Shown here: positions 15,891-30,473 of the stretch, one piece after another
Position numbering within the stretch: position 1 is the first letter of the stretch
Layout: each line of letters opens with the position of its first letter
NCBI GenBank assembly: GCA_964016885.1
Contig: CAXHJY010001399.1
Span: 1-64,000 of the forward strand
DNA: 64,000 nt
Direction of reading: 5' to 3'
Source: Eledone cirrhosa
Taxonomy: Eukaryota
Notes under the pieces: model-generated
The model's database searches: none
Told to the model about the DNA's origin: nothing
Seen by the model: the letters and a program-made list of their open reading frames with translations, nothing else
Program-made: the position numbers and the translations under genes

Positions 15891-15912
15891 TTCTGCTAAA
15901 ATTCTTAAGCCA

Positions 15913-17721
15913 TGTAACTCAGTAGACGTGTGTGTAACTCAGTAGATGTGTGTATGTAACTCAGGAGATGTGTGTGCAACTCAGTAGATGTGTGTGTATG
16001 TAACTCAGTAGACGTGTGTGTATGTAACTCAGGAGATGTGTGTGTAACTCAGTAGATGTGTGTATGTAACTCAAGAGATGTGTGTGTAACTCAGTAGATG
16101 TGTGTGTATGTAACTCAGTAGACGTGTGTGTATGTAACTCAGGAGATGTGTGTGTAACTCAGTAGATGTGTGTATGTAACTCAGTAGATGTGTGTGTGTA
16201 TGTAACTCAGTAGATGTGTGTGTATGTAACTCAGTAGCTGTGTGTATGTAACTCAGTAGATGTGTGTGTGTATGTAACTCAGTAGCTGTGTATGTAACTC
16301 AGTAGACGTGTGTGTATGTAACTCAGGAGATGTGTGTGTAACTCAGTAGACGTGTGTGTATGTAACTCAGTAGACGTGTGTGTATGTAACTCAGGAGATG
16401 TGTGTGTAACTCAGTAGATGTGTGTATGTAACTCAAGAGATGTGTGTGTAACTCAGTAGATGTGTGTGTATGTAACTCAGTAGATGTGTGTGTATGTAAC
16501 TCAGGAGATGTGTGTGTAACTCAGTAGACGTGTGTGTATGTAACTCAGTAGACGTGTGTGTATGTAACTCAGGAGATGTGTGTGTAACTCAGTAGACGTG
16601 TGTGTATGTAACTCAGTAGACGTGTGTGTATGTAACTCAGGAGATGTGTGTGTAACTCAGTAGACGTGTGTGTATGTAACTCAGTAGACGTGTGTGTATG
16701 TAACTCAGGAGATGTGTGTGTAACTCAGTAGATGTGTGTATGTAACTCAAGAGATGTGTGTGTAACTCAGTAGATGTGTGTGTATGTAACTCAGTAGACG
16801 TGTGTGTATGTAACTCAGGAGATGTGTGTGTAACTCAGTAGATGTGTGTATGTAACTCAGTAGATGTGTGTGTATGTAACTCAGGAGATGTGTGTGTAAC
16901 TCAGTAGATGTGTGTGTATGTAACTCAGTAGACGTGTGTGTATGTAACTCAGGAGATGTGTGTGTAACTCAGTAGATGTGTGTATGTAACTCAGTAGATG
17001 TGTGTGTAACTCAGTAGATGTGTGTGTATGTAACTCAGTAGATGTGTGTGTATGTAACTCAGTAGATGTGTGTGTATGTAACTCAGGAGATGAGTGTGTA
17101 ACTCAGTAGATGTGTATGTATGTAACTCAGGAGATGTGTGTGTAACTCAGTAGATGTGTGTATGTAACTCAGTAGATGTGTGTGTAACTCAGTAGATGTG
17201 TGTGTGTATGTAACTCAGTAGATGTGTGTGTATGTAACTCAGTAGCTGTGTGTATGTAACTCAGTAGATGTGTGTGTGTATGTAACTCAGTAGATGTGTG
17301 TGTGTATGTAACTCAGTAGCTGTGTGTGTAACTCAGTAGATGTGTGTGTATGTAACTCAGTAGCTGTGTGTATGTAACTCAGTAGATGTGTGTATGTAAC
17401 TCAGTAGATGTGTGTGTATGTAACTCAGGAGATGTGTGTGTATGTAACTCAGTAGATGTGTGTGTAACTCAGGAGATGTGTGTGTAACTCAGTAGATGTG
17501 TGTATGTAACTCAGTAGATGTGTGTGTAACTCAGTAGATGTGTGTGTAACTCAGTAGATGTGTGTGTATGTAACTCAGTAGCTGTGTGTATGTAACTCAG
17601 TAGATGTGTGTGTGTATGTAACTCAGTAGATGTGTATGTGTATGTAACTCAGTAGCTGTGTGTGTATGTAACTCAGTAGATGTGTGTGTATGTAACTCAG
17701 TAGATGTGTGTGTATGTAACT
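15913..17721. repeat. ~20-26-bp minisatellite GTAACTCAGTAGATGTGTGT(GT)AT
   Basis: Direct read, ~1.8 kb. Confidence 0.95.
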
Positions 17722-17962
17722 AAAGTGTAACATACGTTACAAACGGACGAAACACAAGCAGAATTATAATATGATGACTAAATGATTTTAACTTGTTTTT
17801 TAACAATTGATGGTTGTAAAGATTTCAAATTGTCTTAACTTGGGCCACAAGTCATGGTGTCTGACACTCTTACCGGTTAAATAGCCTGGGAGTCTATTTT
17901 ACTGGGACCGGCTACATAGCCTATTCCAATAATATAGTATGGCATGGTATGGTCGTGGGGAC

Positions 17963-19072
17963 CTGTATTAGACACGGAACTCTGGATTAACACTATAGAC
18001 GAGAGAGCCCAAATTCTCCACTCACACTATGCTAAACCCATGGCCGCCAAATACCTGATACTCAAAAACTCAGCAATGTCCAGTAGTGCTAAGTTTAATA
18101 TTCTGATTGCAGACTTGGTACGAGTGATGAAGAACGTGTCCCGCATGTGCGACCCAACAGAAATGGAAAAACACATCCAACACTTCATCAACCGCATGCA
18201 GTTCTCTGGCTACAACCAAAGAGACAGAATCAGAGTATACGAAGGAGCCACGGAGAAGTATAAGACCCTCATAGAACTGGACATGAAAGGAATTTGCCCA
18301 TTATACAGGAGCAAATCATGGAATAGCTTAGATAGGACTAGACATAAGATAGGGAAAGCCACCTCATGGCACGACAACCAGAGATACCAGAGTCTCATGT
18401 TTGTGGACACAACGGTAACATAGACAACATAGAAGTTAGAATAATATCTAAACATAGAAATGACCCAGCAGATAGGCAACTCAAAGAGGCCAGCGAAATA
18501 GAACTTAGAAGGCTAAACAGAAAAAATGAATGGAATAACAACAACACCCAAACAAACAACACTGACCTAAGAGAGTATAAATAAATAAATAAATAAATAC
18601 ATACATACACAAGCACAATAACAACAAACACATATAAACAGACACTAGTAAACTAAGCTAGAATACATTAACCAATACACAGTCACCCAAACAAGAACAC
18701 ACATCAAACAAAACACTATACACACACGCAAACGCATGCGCAGAGAAGACAAAAAAATAAACAAATAAATAAATAAATAAACAGACTAAATAAAGATGGC
18801 GTAGGGATACAATGAAACGGGAGGAAACATAATAGCACCACTGATGATGTTGCAGATGTGCAACGAAAGAACTTTGATAGACTATATATATGTGTTTGTG
18901 TCTATATTGTATTTGTATTTTTGACCGTTGGTCAGTCAATGGTAACATTGAGGACCGAATAAATTAAATTAACCGATATAAAAGACACAGAAGCGAAAAC
19001 CAACCAAACAGTGAGTGTGTTCTGTTATTAATTCTGACAATATTATTACACAAATATGACCCTCCACAAGTA

Positions 19073-19078
<6 letters not shown>
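17963..19078 (+). mobile_element. Penelope-like element 3' fragment: RT thumb fused by deletion to GIY-YIG C-terminus, then 3' pLTR
   Basis: LDTELW..HYAKPMA..SAM..K..L..DLVRVMKN..MQFSGY..PLYRSKSW; DPADRQLKEASEI..LNRKNEW; ends at (TA)n. Confidence 0.8.
18837..18878 (+). ncRNA. Hammerhead motif in the PLE 3' UTR
   Basis: CTGATGA-T-GTTGCA(GATG)TGCAAC-GAAA-GAAC-TT; stem I degenerate. Confidence 0.65.
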
Positions 19079-19131
<53 letters not shown>

Positions 19132-19140
19132 GTGTGTATA

Positions 19141-19194
<54 letters not shown>

Positions 19195-19283
19195 CATATA
19201 TATACACACATATACATACACATATATACATATATATGCGTGTATGTTTGTATTTTTAGTCTTATTATTTAGTTTATTATCCA

Positions 19284-19403
19284 TTCTGAGTTCAAATCCC
19301 GCCAAGGTTTACTTTGCCTTTCATCCTTACGGGGTCGATAAAATAAAGTACCAGTAATGTACTGGGTAATTGCTGACCTTGTGCCAAAAGTAGAAACAAT
19401 TAT
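19284..19403 (+). mobile_element. SINE family A, 5'-truncated
   Basis: B-box, central domain and 3' end match 15244-15440. Confidence 0.8.
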
Positions 19404-20074
19404 TTAGTTTATTATCTGTATGCAGACACCATCTCTTCTACCTTCTATCGCTCTCACATACATACTATACCACACACACTACCACATACACATCCTACCA
19501 CACACACTACCACATACACATCCTACCACACACACTACCACATACACACCCTACCACATACACACTACCACATACACTCTACCACATACACCCTACCACA
19601 CAATTAGCAGTCTATCCTACTCCACCACCTGCACACCACCCCCACCACCTCCACCACCTCCACCCCACCTCCACCACCTCCACCCCACCTCCACCATCTC
19701 CACCACCTCCACATCATTTCCACCGCCTCCACACCAACTGTACACCACCTCAAACCAGCTCTACACCCCCCCCACCCCTCCCCACCTCCACCACCTCTAC
19801 ACCACCTCTACCATCTCCACCACCTCCACCACCTCTACCCCCCAGCTCTACCCCCACCCCCCACATCACCTCCACACCACCACCTCCACCACATCCCCAC
19901 CCCCACAACACCCCCACAACACCCCCACACACCATATCCTATCACAATATAAACCATTTCCTTCCCTATCAATGAACCAAAAGACCTTCAACCCAAAACT
20001 TCTGTTCGGCCACACCTTAAATCCCCCCCCCCTCTTCTACAGTTTCTTATCACTCCTATTAATAGCCAAATAAT

Positions 20075-20797
20075 GGCGGCGACTTGGCAGAGTCATGAGA
20101 ACGTCCGATAGAACACTTTGTGCTGTTCTTTCCGGCCTCTGCTCTCGGAATTCAAATCTCGGAGTTCAAATCTCGGAGTTCAAATCTCGAGTTCAAATCT
20201 CGGAGTTCAAATCTCGGAGTTCAAATCTCGGAGTTCAAATCCCACCGAGGTTAACTTTGCATTTCATCTTTTCGAGGTCAATAAAAAAAAGTACCAGTCT
20301 AGTACTGGGGTCAGTTCTTCCTCTATATCTCTTTCTCATTTCCTCTCTCTCACTCTATCTCTCTCCACACACACACACACACATATATATAATACCAGTC
20401 ATGTACTGGGGTCAGTTCTTCCTCTATATCTCTTTCTCATTTCCTCTCTCTCACTCTATCTCTCTCCACACACACACACACACATATATATAATACCAGT
20501 CATATACTGGGGTCAGTTCTTCCTCTATATCTCTTTCTCATTTCCTCTCTCTCACTCTATCTCTCTCCACATACACACACACACACACACATATATATAA
20601 TACCAGTCATATACTGGGGTCAGTTCTTCCTCTATATCTCTTTCTCATTTCCTCTCTCTCACTTTCTATCTTTCTCTGGAAGAAATCTGCTCTACTCAGG
20701 CCTGGAGAGGGGTGGGCTCCTCCAGGGTTAAAATGCCCAAGAAATGCTGCATGTCAACACGGCGCCCCCACGAATCTATCAGGAGTTACGGGATCAT
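20075..20797 (+). mobile_element. SINE family A long subfamily with internal 14-bp and ~100-bp tandem expansions
   Basis: (GGAGTTCAAATCTC)n at 20147-20240; four ~100-bp units 20292-20665; 3' tail GGAAGAAATCTGC..TCAGGAGTTAC. Confidence 0.75.
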
Positions 20798-20860
20798 ACA
20801 TGTACGCATGCACACATGTGTGGATGCGTACATGCGTGCATACATAGATACATACATACA

Positions 20861-23172
20861 TTCTATCGGAGGTATCTTACTGACCTCTACCAACAAGTTC
20901 TTAAGGGAGATACACTTATACCAGAATGATTGACATTAGCACAAACGTTACTGGTCCCCAAGAACAAAGACACCCACTTGGCAAAAAACTACCGACCCAT
21001 TGCATGCCAGAACCTGATGTATAAGATGTATACAGCCTGCCTGAACCTATTCCTGTGAAAATAATCACTGTGAAAATAATTGTTTCTACTTTAGGCACAA
21101 GGCCAGCAATTACTCAGTACATTACTGGTACTTTATTTTATCGACCCCTGTGAAAATAATAACATCATCACAGATGAACAAGCAGCTGGAAAGAAAGGGG
21201 TTTGGGGATGTGCTGAACAACTCCTAATCAACAAAACTGCGATGTCGGAGGTGCGACAACTTAGGAGGAATATGGCTACAGTCTGGCTGGACTACAGGAA
21301 AGCTTTCGAATCTGTTCCCCACTCTTGGATGATAGAAGCCCTTCCAACTTGCTAAAGTCCCAGACATTATTATCAGAGCCATAGAGAAGCTGTCTTCTTC
21401 TTGGGCTACAATCCTAAGGTTAAAGACAGAGAGGGAGGACTCTATTTTCACTGATAAAATAAAATATCGGAGGTATATATTTCAGAGAGACAGTCTCTCT
21501 GTGATATTATTCATCTTGTCATTAAACCCCCTGTCCTTTCTGCTCAAGAAATGTGAGGGATACATCATTAGCTCACAGGAGGACAGAAATACGAACCTAA
21601 CCCATAATTTCTTTGTGGACGATCTGAAACTCTATGCCAAGAACATGGATGGGATGAAGAAAAATCTTGACCTGGTTACAACGTTCTCAAAGGATATAGG
21701 AATGGAGTTTGGCCAAGATAAATGCTCATACATGACTGTAAAGCGGCGAAAAACAACAACCCAATCTAGTAACATTGTCATCAATGGCCTAACTGTTTCA
21801 CCGATATCTGATGAGGACTGCTACAGATACCTGGGGATAGACGAGAACACATCCTATAACGGTATCTGTAATAAGGAACGCGTAACTAGGGAAGACTACA
21901 CCCGATTAAGAAAGATCTGGTCATCGGAACTCTCTGCGCAAAACAAAACAGTGGCTCACAATGTGTTTGCTGTGCCTGTCCTAACACCAACGTTTGGAAT
22001 ACTCAATTGGATGATAGACAAAATCCGAACAGTTGATGTTGGAACTCGAAAAATACTAAACAACACCGGAAACTTCCACATCAACAGTGACATAGACCGC
22101 CTTTACTTGAAACGTAATCAGGGAGGCAGAGGCCTAGCATCAGTCCAGACAACATTTGAATATCGCATCATATCTCTCCTACAACATCTACGAACCCCGA
22201 AGCGTAGGAGCCCGTCACTCGAGCAAATCTATCTGCATGAAACAGATAAGATCATGAGAGTTGGGAAGGAACTCCTTGAGAGATATTCCCTGTGTGATAA
22301 TAAAAAAAACTCACACACAGGGAAGTCACTCAGCAGTATCGCAGTGAATCCATGGATGAAAAACTGCATGCTTATCAGTAAAAAATCATGCATGGATATG
22401 TTGCCAGGAAGCTCCAGAGTGAGAGTAATATAGATAAGGAAAGTAGTCTATCTTGGACCAACAACCGCTATATTGGCTCCCACTTTGAAGGATACGCTTT
22501 TGCAATCCAAGAACAGAAGATTAACACGAAATACTTGATTCACAAAAGAGATAGGGGTGCAGGCAAAACACCTAGATGTGATAACAAGTGCAGACTCTGC
22601 AGAACTAACATCGAGGATATCACATCACCCATGTCATCAGCAGCTGTCCAAAGATGTCATTGCGGTTCTATCTACCTATGAGGCATGATGTACAATGCAT
22701 TTCGTAAAAAAGATAATAAACACATTAATGTGGAAGACATCCACATACATAATATGAAAGAGTACTGGTGGAATGTTCCAGTAAACACCCCAATAAAATG
22801 CCTGTGATTATTGGGGCACTGGGATATGTTAGTAACTGCCTCAATACAAATCTTGAGAAGCTAGGCTTTACAGGAACAGAAAGAACACAACTAGTTAGGA
22901 AATTACAAGTACAATCCATTAATGGAACAGTGAAAATATGTAAAACATTCCAAAAATTTTGCATCTAATAACTGCATATACACATATACAGATGCAAAGC
23001 ATATAGACATGCACACATATAACTCAAAACATACACATCCACACATACAATAACATCCATATCTACACATGCGTGCATGCATAAATAATCTACCTAGTTG
23101 ATGTGTAAATTCCAATGAGAGAGTCTTGTGTCTATGTTAGAAACCACTCTCTCTCTCTATTGGTAAAAAATT
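20861..23172 (+). mobile_element. R4/Dong LINE, 5'-truncated and internally deleted (RT, CCHC remnant, RLE C-terminus); SINE stub inserted at ~21066-21160
   Basis: NYRPIAC, WLDYRKAFESVPH, FFVDDLKLY, YRYLG, RLYLKRNQGGRGL, CRLC..E; starts right after (CATA)n; SINE flanked by CCTGTGAAAATAAT duplication. Confidence 0.9.
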
Positions 23173-23716
23173 GTTTTTTGTCGCCGACGATCCGACCATG
23201 CGACAGGTTGTACATGTTACCAATATCACTCAAGAGTGACCCGACATATATATACATACATATATATACATAAAACATATACATATATATACACATGTAG
23301 TGTTGGAAGTAAAATTAATTTGAATAAAATGGTATCATGGTTCTGTTGATACCCTAGAAAAGTGCGAAATAACAAATAAGCCCACGTGCATTTAATCTCT
23401 ACGAAACACATAAGTAACGGAAGTGTCTCCATGTGGGCAACATGTGATTATTTTGGCTTCGTGGTTAAACCCACCCTACACATATCTTCATACACACACA
23501 CATACATACACACACATACATACACACACACATAAACACACTCACTAATACACACACACACACACACTAACATACGCACACACACACTAATACACACACA
23601 CACACTAACATACACACACACTAATACACACACACTAACACCCACCCACCCACCCTCACACACACAGGCAGACACACACACACACACGAACAAACACACA
23701 CACACAAACACAGGCA

Positions 23717-23780
<64 letters not shown>

Positions 23781-23920
23781 TACACCACCCAACACATACA
23801 CACCTGCAGTAACAGATAAAACCAATAAAAATAAACAAATAAAATAAAATAAGAAGTTTTCTGCATCAAATTTCAGTTGGATTATATTAATGTTGCAATA
23901 AACCCCTGAAAATAAGAGAG

Positions 23921-24120
23921 AAGCTATGTAGCCGGTGCCGGTAAAATAGACTCCCAGGCTATGTAGCCGGTAGGAGTGCCAGACACCACGAATTGCGTCC
24001 CTTCACGGTCTGACTTCAGACAATTTGAAATATTTTACACCATCAATTATTAAAAAACAAGTTAAAAACATTTAGTCGTCCATTGGTAACATATGTTAGA
24101 CTTTAGTTACATACACACAT
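23921..24120. mobile_element. Diverged end of the array-carrying DNA element
   Basis: Reverse-complement similar to 17715-17920. Confidence 0.75.
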
Positions 24121-24909
24121 GTACAGGTAAATATATAGACAGATAGAGACAAAAGAGGTGTAAACCTACATATACACACATCTACAGGTAAATATATAGA
24201 CAGGTAGAGACAACAGGTGTAAACCTACATATACACACATCTACAGGTAAATATATAGACAGGTAGAGACAAGAGAGGAGTAAACCTACATATACACACA
24301 TCTACAGGTAAATATATAGACAGATAGAGACAAGACAGGTGTAAACCTACATATATACACATCTACAGGTAAATATATAGACAGATAGAGACAAGAGAGG
24401 TGTAAACCTACATATACACACATCTACAGGTAAATATATAGACAGATAGAGACAAGAGAGGTGTAAACCTACATATACACACATCTACAGGTAAATATAT
24501 AGACAGGTAGAGACAACAGGTGTAAACCTACATATACACACATCTACAGGTAAATATATAGACAGATAGAGACAAGACAGGTGTAAACCTACATATACAC
24601 ACATCTACAGGTAAATATATAGACAGGTAGAGACAACAGGTTTAAACCTGCATATACACATATCTACAGGTAAATATATAGACAGGTAGAGACAACAGGT
24701 GTAAACCTACATATACACACATCTCCAGGTAAATATATAGACAGATAGAGACAAGACAGGTGCAAACCTACATATACACACATCTACAGGTAAATATATA
24801 GACAGATAGAGACAAGACTGGTGTAAACCTACATATACACACATCTACAGGTAAATATATAGACTGATAGAGACAAGACAGGTGTAAACCTACATATACA
24901 CGCATCTAT
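24110..24909. repeat. ~59-62-bp minisatellite ACATATACACACATCTACAGGTAAATATATAGACAGATAGAGACAAGACAGGTGTAAACCT (~13 copies)
   Basis: Direct read. Confidence 0.95.
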
Positions 24910-25259
24910 GAAATGATTGAGGAAGGAAAGGGCTGGTGAAACGCTATAGTGATGTGCGTGTTGCGTTCTTTTAGGGTTTTCTTCTCTCTCGTTCACGATT
25001 TCACCGAACTTATATTCATAGAAATTTTTGGACTTGACTTCTTCTTCCTCACTTTTCGTTGCTTCACCATCTTTGTTTGTTTACACTCTCGCTGTTCCCT
25101 TTATTTACATGTCCCAACGACTTTCTTTAGCCGTTGCTCGAACCAACCGGAGGTATATTGTCTTCAAAGCGATGAAATACCAATGATGGTTGGAAGATCA
25201 CTGATGAAGGACTAACTTTATTCATATGTAACTCATTAGCAACGCCGCAGCACGTTTAT

Positions 25260-25340
<81 letters not shown>

Positions 25341-26545
25341 CGAGGGGGCTTCAAAACGTTCGTGGAAAAAGGACAGTTGGAAAAAACGGTTTAAGTTATG
25401 ATGTTTATTTTTTAACATATGCTCCGTCTAGGTCATTACACCTCTGCAAGTGTTGATACCAGCCTTTAAGTCCATCTGTGTAAAACTGATTTAAACCATG
25501 ATTTAAACCATGATTTAAACCATGATTTAAACCATGATTTAAACCATGATTTAAACCATGATTTAAACCATGATTTAAAACATGATTTAAAACATGATAT
25601 AAACCATGTCAAAGCAGCTTTTTTTACATTTTCAACCTCTTCTCTTCCACTTCTAAAACGACTTATCTATTTCTAGGTTGTTGATTTATTTGGGACATTG
25701 GACATTGTCCCCATAAACTTGCTCCAGAGCGGCAATGATCAAGCTTCCACCCTAGCTTGTTTTGATGGAAACTTTGCTGCCTGAGCGGGTGCTGACTTCC
25801 GACTGGCGGCGCCGCGTTACAAACATTTAAAGGTTCAAGTTAGAACATGTTATGACACGTTAGTACGAGAATGTAGTTGCATTGAGATCAAAATCCATGC
25901 ATATGAATTTTAACTATACAGTATACCACCGGCAATCACGGTCCCGGTTATTCGCGGAATTTTCCTTAAAACCTAACTAATAATTGTTCGTGGAAACCAC
26001 CGCATATTCGCGGAATCGTAAATATTTTTCGCGATATTTAGGGCTTTTTTTAACGCTAAATTATTAATAACAATATTCCGTATTTGCTGGCCTAATGGAA
26101 GCTTCTTCGCACAAGACGCTCCCTCTTTTTTGAATTTTTATAAGTACCAGTAATGTATTGGGTTTTTGCTGGCCTTGTGCCGAAAGAAGAAACAATTATT
26201 ATATTGGATTGGCAGTATGGGTAGAGGGTCGGACGCCATGCTTTCCAGCATAGTTACGTCCCTTTACGGTCTGAGTTCAAATCCCGCCGAAGTTAACTTT
26301 GCCTTTCACCCTTACGGGGTCGATAAAATAAAGTACCAGTAATGTACTGGGCAATTGCTGGCCTTGTGCCAAAAGTAGAAACAATTATTATATTTTACGT
26401 TCTATTTTGACGTTTATAGGCATTTTTATGGACCACATCCAATATTCGCGGTTTTTCACACTTCGCGGGTACTCTATGAACGTAACCCCCGCAAATACCG
26501 GGGGACAACTGTATAGGTTTTCCACGAACTTTGTGAAGCCCCTCC
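25341..26545. mobile_element. Mariner-type non-autonomous element with nested Tigger-like MITE (25919-26511) and SINE A copies (26140-26390)
   Basis: TIR CGAGGGGGCTTCAAAACGTTCGTGGAAA / TTTCCACGAACTTTGTGAAGCCCCTC; inner TA-CAGT..ACTG-TA. Confidence 0.7.
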
Positions 26546-26845
26546 AACAGACATCCCTCCAAACTTCTTATAATGTCCGCTAGGGGAGACAACAAAACAT
26601 GGCGAAATATTTCAGTTTTTTTTCTTTCATTAAAACATGTAAAACAAAAATATAAACAACAGGAATAACGGAAATGGTGGAATGACATTTCGTGAATATC
26701 TCTTACATAGATATATATATATACACACATATATATATATACACACACATATATATATACACACACATATATATATACACACATATATATACATATACAC
26801 ACACACATATATATATACACATATATACATACTTACATATATATA

Positions 26846-27422
26846 TGGTGGCTGCCAACTCGTTTTCGAGTACGGCCACTACTTTATATCCATGTAGGAG
26901 AACCCCTACCGATGCGCTGAACGAGTGTGACTTTTTAGTCCAGCCAGCGACTTGAAAACTCTGGTACAAACACTACACTTGTGACAATTATTGACACATA
27001 GTGCTTTGCCTTTGGTACCATGTGACGACAAGTGCAGAGAGATCTCCAGATATAAAGCAATGCCTGTGCCGTGAAGCTTTTATAGTTAGCAAAGGCACTG
27101 CACAAAGCCAGTCCCACTCTCTTAACGAAGATGATATTTACCAAAAAGAAGAACAAGTCAACATCATTGGATACCATCAGAGTTGCAGGTGTTATATCAG
27201 AGTTTTCCTTCTCCTAGAATTCTGCCTTGACAAAGGCTAATGGGTCATCTCTCCCGGTGATTTTGGAGGGCCATTGACTCTTAAGAGCTCCTTTGCCCTT
27301 TGACAGGTTTTGTTTTTAGTCCTGCAGGATGTCCAAAGTCACCCTCCTCACCAAGAAACCTTGGTGGGGTTGCCAGTTTAGTCGCCAACGACCCGACCAT
27401 GAGACAGGTTGTACTGGGATAC
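26846..27422 (-). mobile_element. Non-autonomous RTE element, near full length
   Basis: Reverse copy of 51657-52265. Confidence 0.9.
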
Positions 27423-27681
27423 ACACATATATACATACATACATATATATATATATACATATATACATACATAATACATACATACATATATACATACATG
27501 CATACATTTATATAAACATACATATACATACATATATACATACATATACATACAAACATACATATATATATATATATATATATAAATAAACATACATTCA
27601 TTCATACATACATATACACATATATACATAAATACATACATATATATACATAACTACATATATACATATATATACATACAT

Positions 27682-27852
<171 letters not shown>

Positions 27853-27874
27853 CATACATACATACATATATATA

Positions 27875-28092
27875 TGAAGGCGTGTGGCTGAGTGGTTAGA
27901 GAATTGGATTCGCAATCGTAAGGTTGTGAGTTCGATTCCTGGACCAGGCGATGCGTTATGTCCTTGAGCAAGACACTTTATTTCACGTTGCTCCTTCTAC
28001 CTGGAGTTGCGACCGATAGATAGTATTAGCAATTGGAAAGACCAACGGAAACATTGTTCCCTCGGTCCGATTTGACGAAAGTCGATCGTTCC
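27875..28092 (+). mobile_element. tRNA-derived SINE (family B)
   Basis: A-box TGGCTGAGTGG, B-box GTTCGATTC, GTCCTTGAGCAAGACAC domain, 3' end CGATCGTTCCT; TA-rich flanks. Confidence 0.85.
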
Positions 28093-28732
28093 TTAAAATA
28101 TATACATACATATATATACATATATATACTTATATACATACAAACCAAACTTATTTTCCTTGAATTGCATTTGTTTACATCATTTTTATCAGTATAACAC
28201 GCTCGTTAAACAGGCACATGTATATATATATATATATGTGTGTGTTTGTGTGTTCATGTATATATATACATGTATCATGCAGATACATATATATATATAT
28301 ATACACATACAAATATACATATATATATTCACACGCACATGCACATATATAAATATAATTTGACCCCAAATTACCATTCTTTTCTCTCTCTTTCCTTCCT
28401 CTCTCTCTTCCCCCTATCACTCTCTCATTCTTTCTCACCCCCTCTCCCTCCCCTCTCCCCCTCTCTAGTAATCTTATACCCCCTCTCTTGTGTATGTATC
28501 TTATCTGTTGATAGTTTTTCACTGTCAGAGTTGCATTAATTTCAGTAAATGTTCTTATTTTCAAGCTGGTCTTCGACAAAGTTAAAAGGAATCAACCAAA
28601 ATCCCAAGACATAAAACAATATTGGTGTAGTCCTTTATTTTCGTAGAAGATATCAAGTCCAGCCGTTCGTTTGTCTGTTGAATCGTTTAAGTAGAACTGT
28701 CTTCATAGAACCGTTTTAATGTTCCAGAGTCG

Positions 28733-29149
28733 ACTGAAAAGTTTATAGGCTGAATAGTTCTTATACAACATAAGCTGAAAAAGTTCGTAGGCTGAACTAA
28801 TTTATAGGCTGAAAAAGTTCATAGGCTGAAAAAGTTCGTAGGCTGAACAAGTTTATAGGCTCAAAAGGTTCGTAGGCTGAAAAAGTTCGTAGGCTGAACA
28901 AATTTATAGGCTGAAAAAGTTCATAGGCTGAAAAAGTTCGTAGGCTGAACAAGTTTATAGGCTGATAGTTTATAGACTGACCAAGATAGTGTCGTGGAAT
29001 GACCAAATGATGTTTAATTCTCGTTATAGTCCCTGGAAGGAAACAATGCAGTTATTAATAAGAAGAGCTGAAATTGATGCATGTAAATTTCACAGCTCTA
29101 GCATCACTCGTTTATTGTCAGATTATGAACTTTTCAGCCGACCCTTGTA
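28733..29149. mobile_element. Mariner-type MITE with amplified 18-bp subterminal unit (AAAAGTTCATAGGCTG)
   Basis: Homologous to compact copy 47161-47346; right TIR AACTTTTCAGCCGACCCTTGTA. Confidence 0.7.
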
Positions 29150-29199
29150 TATGTAAGGAGAGCGTACTTTAAGTTCATTCGTTATAAATGTTTGAGTTC

Positions 29200-29232
<33 letters not shown>

Positions 29233-29292
29233 TATAGTAATAATAATAAATTTGAAGACTAAAATCCAAACTTTAATCTGTTATTTTAATAA

Positions 29293-29339
<47 letters not shown>

Positions 29340-29366
29340 CACATATATATATATATACACAAACAC

Positions 29367-29409
<43 letters not shown>

Positions 29410-29447
29410 CACATATATATATATATACACAAACACACACACACACA

Positions 29448-29535
<88 letters not shown>

Positions 29536-29596
29536 ATGTTGATTTAAAACTGCACTATTCACAAGTGTGTTTTAACCCTCATATCATGTCTCCCTA

Positions 29597-29663
29597 TTTT
29601 ATCTGACGAAAACGCAAATGTTATTGCATGATGATACTTGTTTTTGAAATGCGCATAATAAAA
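29597..29663 (+). ncRNA. Hammerhead, same family as 6306 (core CTGACGA)
   Basis: TTTTAT-CTGACGA-AAAC..GTTTTT-GAAA-TGCGCA-TA-ATAAAA in TA-flanked remnant 29533-29697. Confidence 0.8.
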
Positions 29664-29693
29664 TACATGGAACTCTTTTAACCATCTTTTGAT

Positions 29694-29750
<57 letters not shown>

Positions 29751-29755
<5 letters not shown>

Positions 29756-30014
29756 ATATTAATATATGGAAACTATATTTATAAAACCATATTTATTTTA
29801 TTATATATATTTCAAGGGTACCAATATTTAAGTGCGCTTTCGTCAGATAATATACAATAATTGGTTTAAAGATAGTGACAGATCTTCATGTGAACTTTAT
29901 GTTATAAGTTCAATGAACTTATAACATAAAGTTCACATGATTGGTACCCTTGAAATATATATAATAAAATAAATATGGTTTTATAAATATAGTTTCCATT
30001 TATTAATATATTGT
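29751..30014. mobile_element. Nested fold-back PLE remnant (outer arms 29751-29825/29940-30014, inner hairpin 29886-29940)
   Basis: Direct inverted repeats; same family at 30282-30456 and 47657-47848. Confidence 0.8.
29798..29850 (-). ncRNA. Type-I hammerhead motif
   Basis: Minus: TTAT-CTGACGA-AAGCGCAC..GTACCCTT-GAAA-TATATA-TA-ATAA; stem II decayed here, better in the copy at ~47801-47848. Confidence 0.7.
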
Positions 30015-30022
30015 ATATATAT

Positions 30023-30242
30023 AGTGAAGGCGTGTGGCTGACTGGTTAGAGAATTGGATTCGCAATCGTGAGGTTGTGAGTTCGATTCCTGGACCAGGTG
30101 ATGCGTTATGTCCTTGAGCAAGACACTTTATTTCACGTTGCTCTTTCTACCTGGAGTTGCGACCGATAGATAGTATTAGCAATTGGAAAGACCGACGGAA
30201 ACATTGTTTCCTAGGTCCGATGTGACGAAAGTCGATCGTTCC

Positions 30243-30243
<1 letters not shown>
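30023..30243 (+). mobile_element. tRNA-derived SINE (family B)
   Basis: Copy of 27875-28092 within (TA)n. Confidence 0.85.
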
Positions 30244-30281
<38 letters not shown>

Positions 30282-30287
<6 letters not shown>

Positions 30288-30456
30288 GATATTAATAAAT
30301 GGAAACTATATTTATAAAACCATAAATATGGTTTTATAAATATAGTTTCCATTTATTAATATCGTATATCTACTCCAAAAACTTGTCGAGTGCTTTATAT
30401 CAGATATAAAAATATTTACTTGTTGTATCCCAACAACTTTAAATAGAACTTTTGCA
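30282..30456. mobile_element. Short fold-back remnant (palindrome 30282-30369 + tail)
   Basis: ~43-bp arms, 2-nt centre, TA-flanked. Confidence 0.75.
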
Positions 30457-30473
30457 TATATATATATATATAT

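Larger units (their letters stand above)
15544..17927. mobile_element. Non-autonomous inverted-repeat DNA element carrying two internal tandem arrays
   Basis: IR GGAATAGGCTACGTAGCCGGTCC / GGACCGGCTACATAGCCTATTCC; compact homologue at 62422-63062. Confidence 0.8.

Noticed and set aside
27875-27945. tRNA gene
   Set aside because: SINE head with A/B boxes continuing into the SINE body; no convincing cloverleaf
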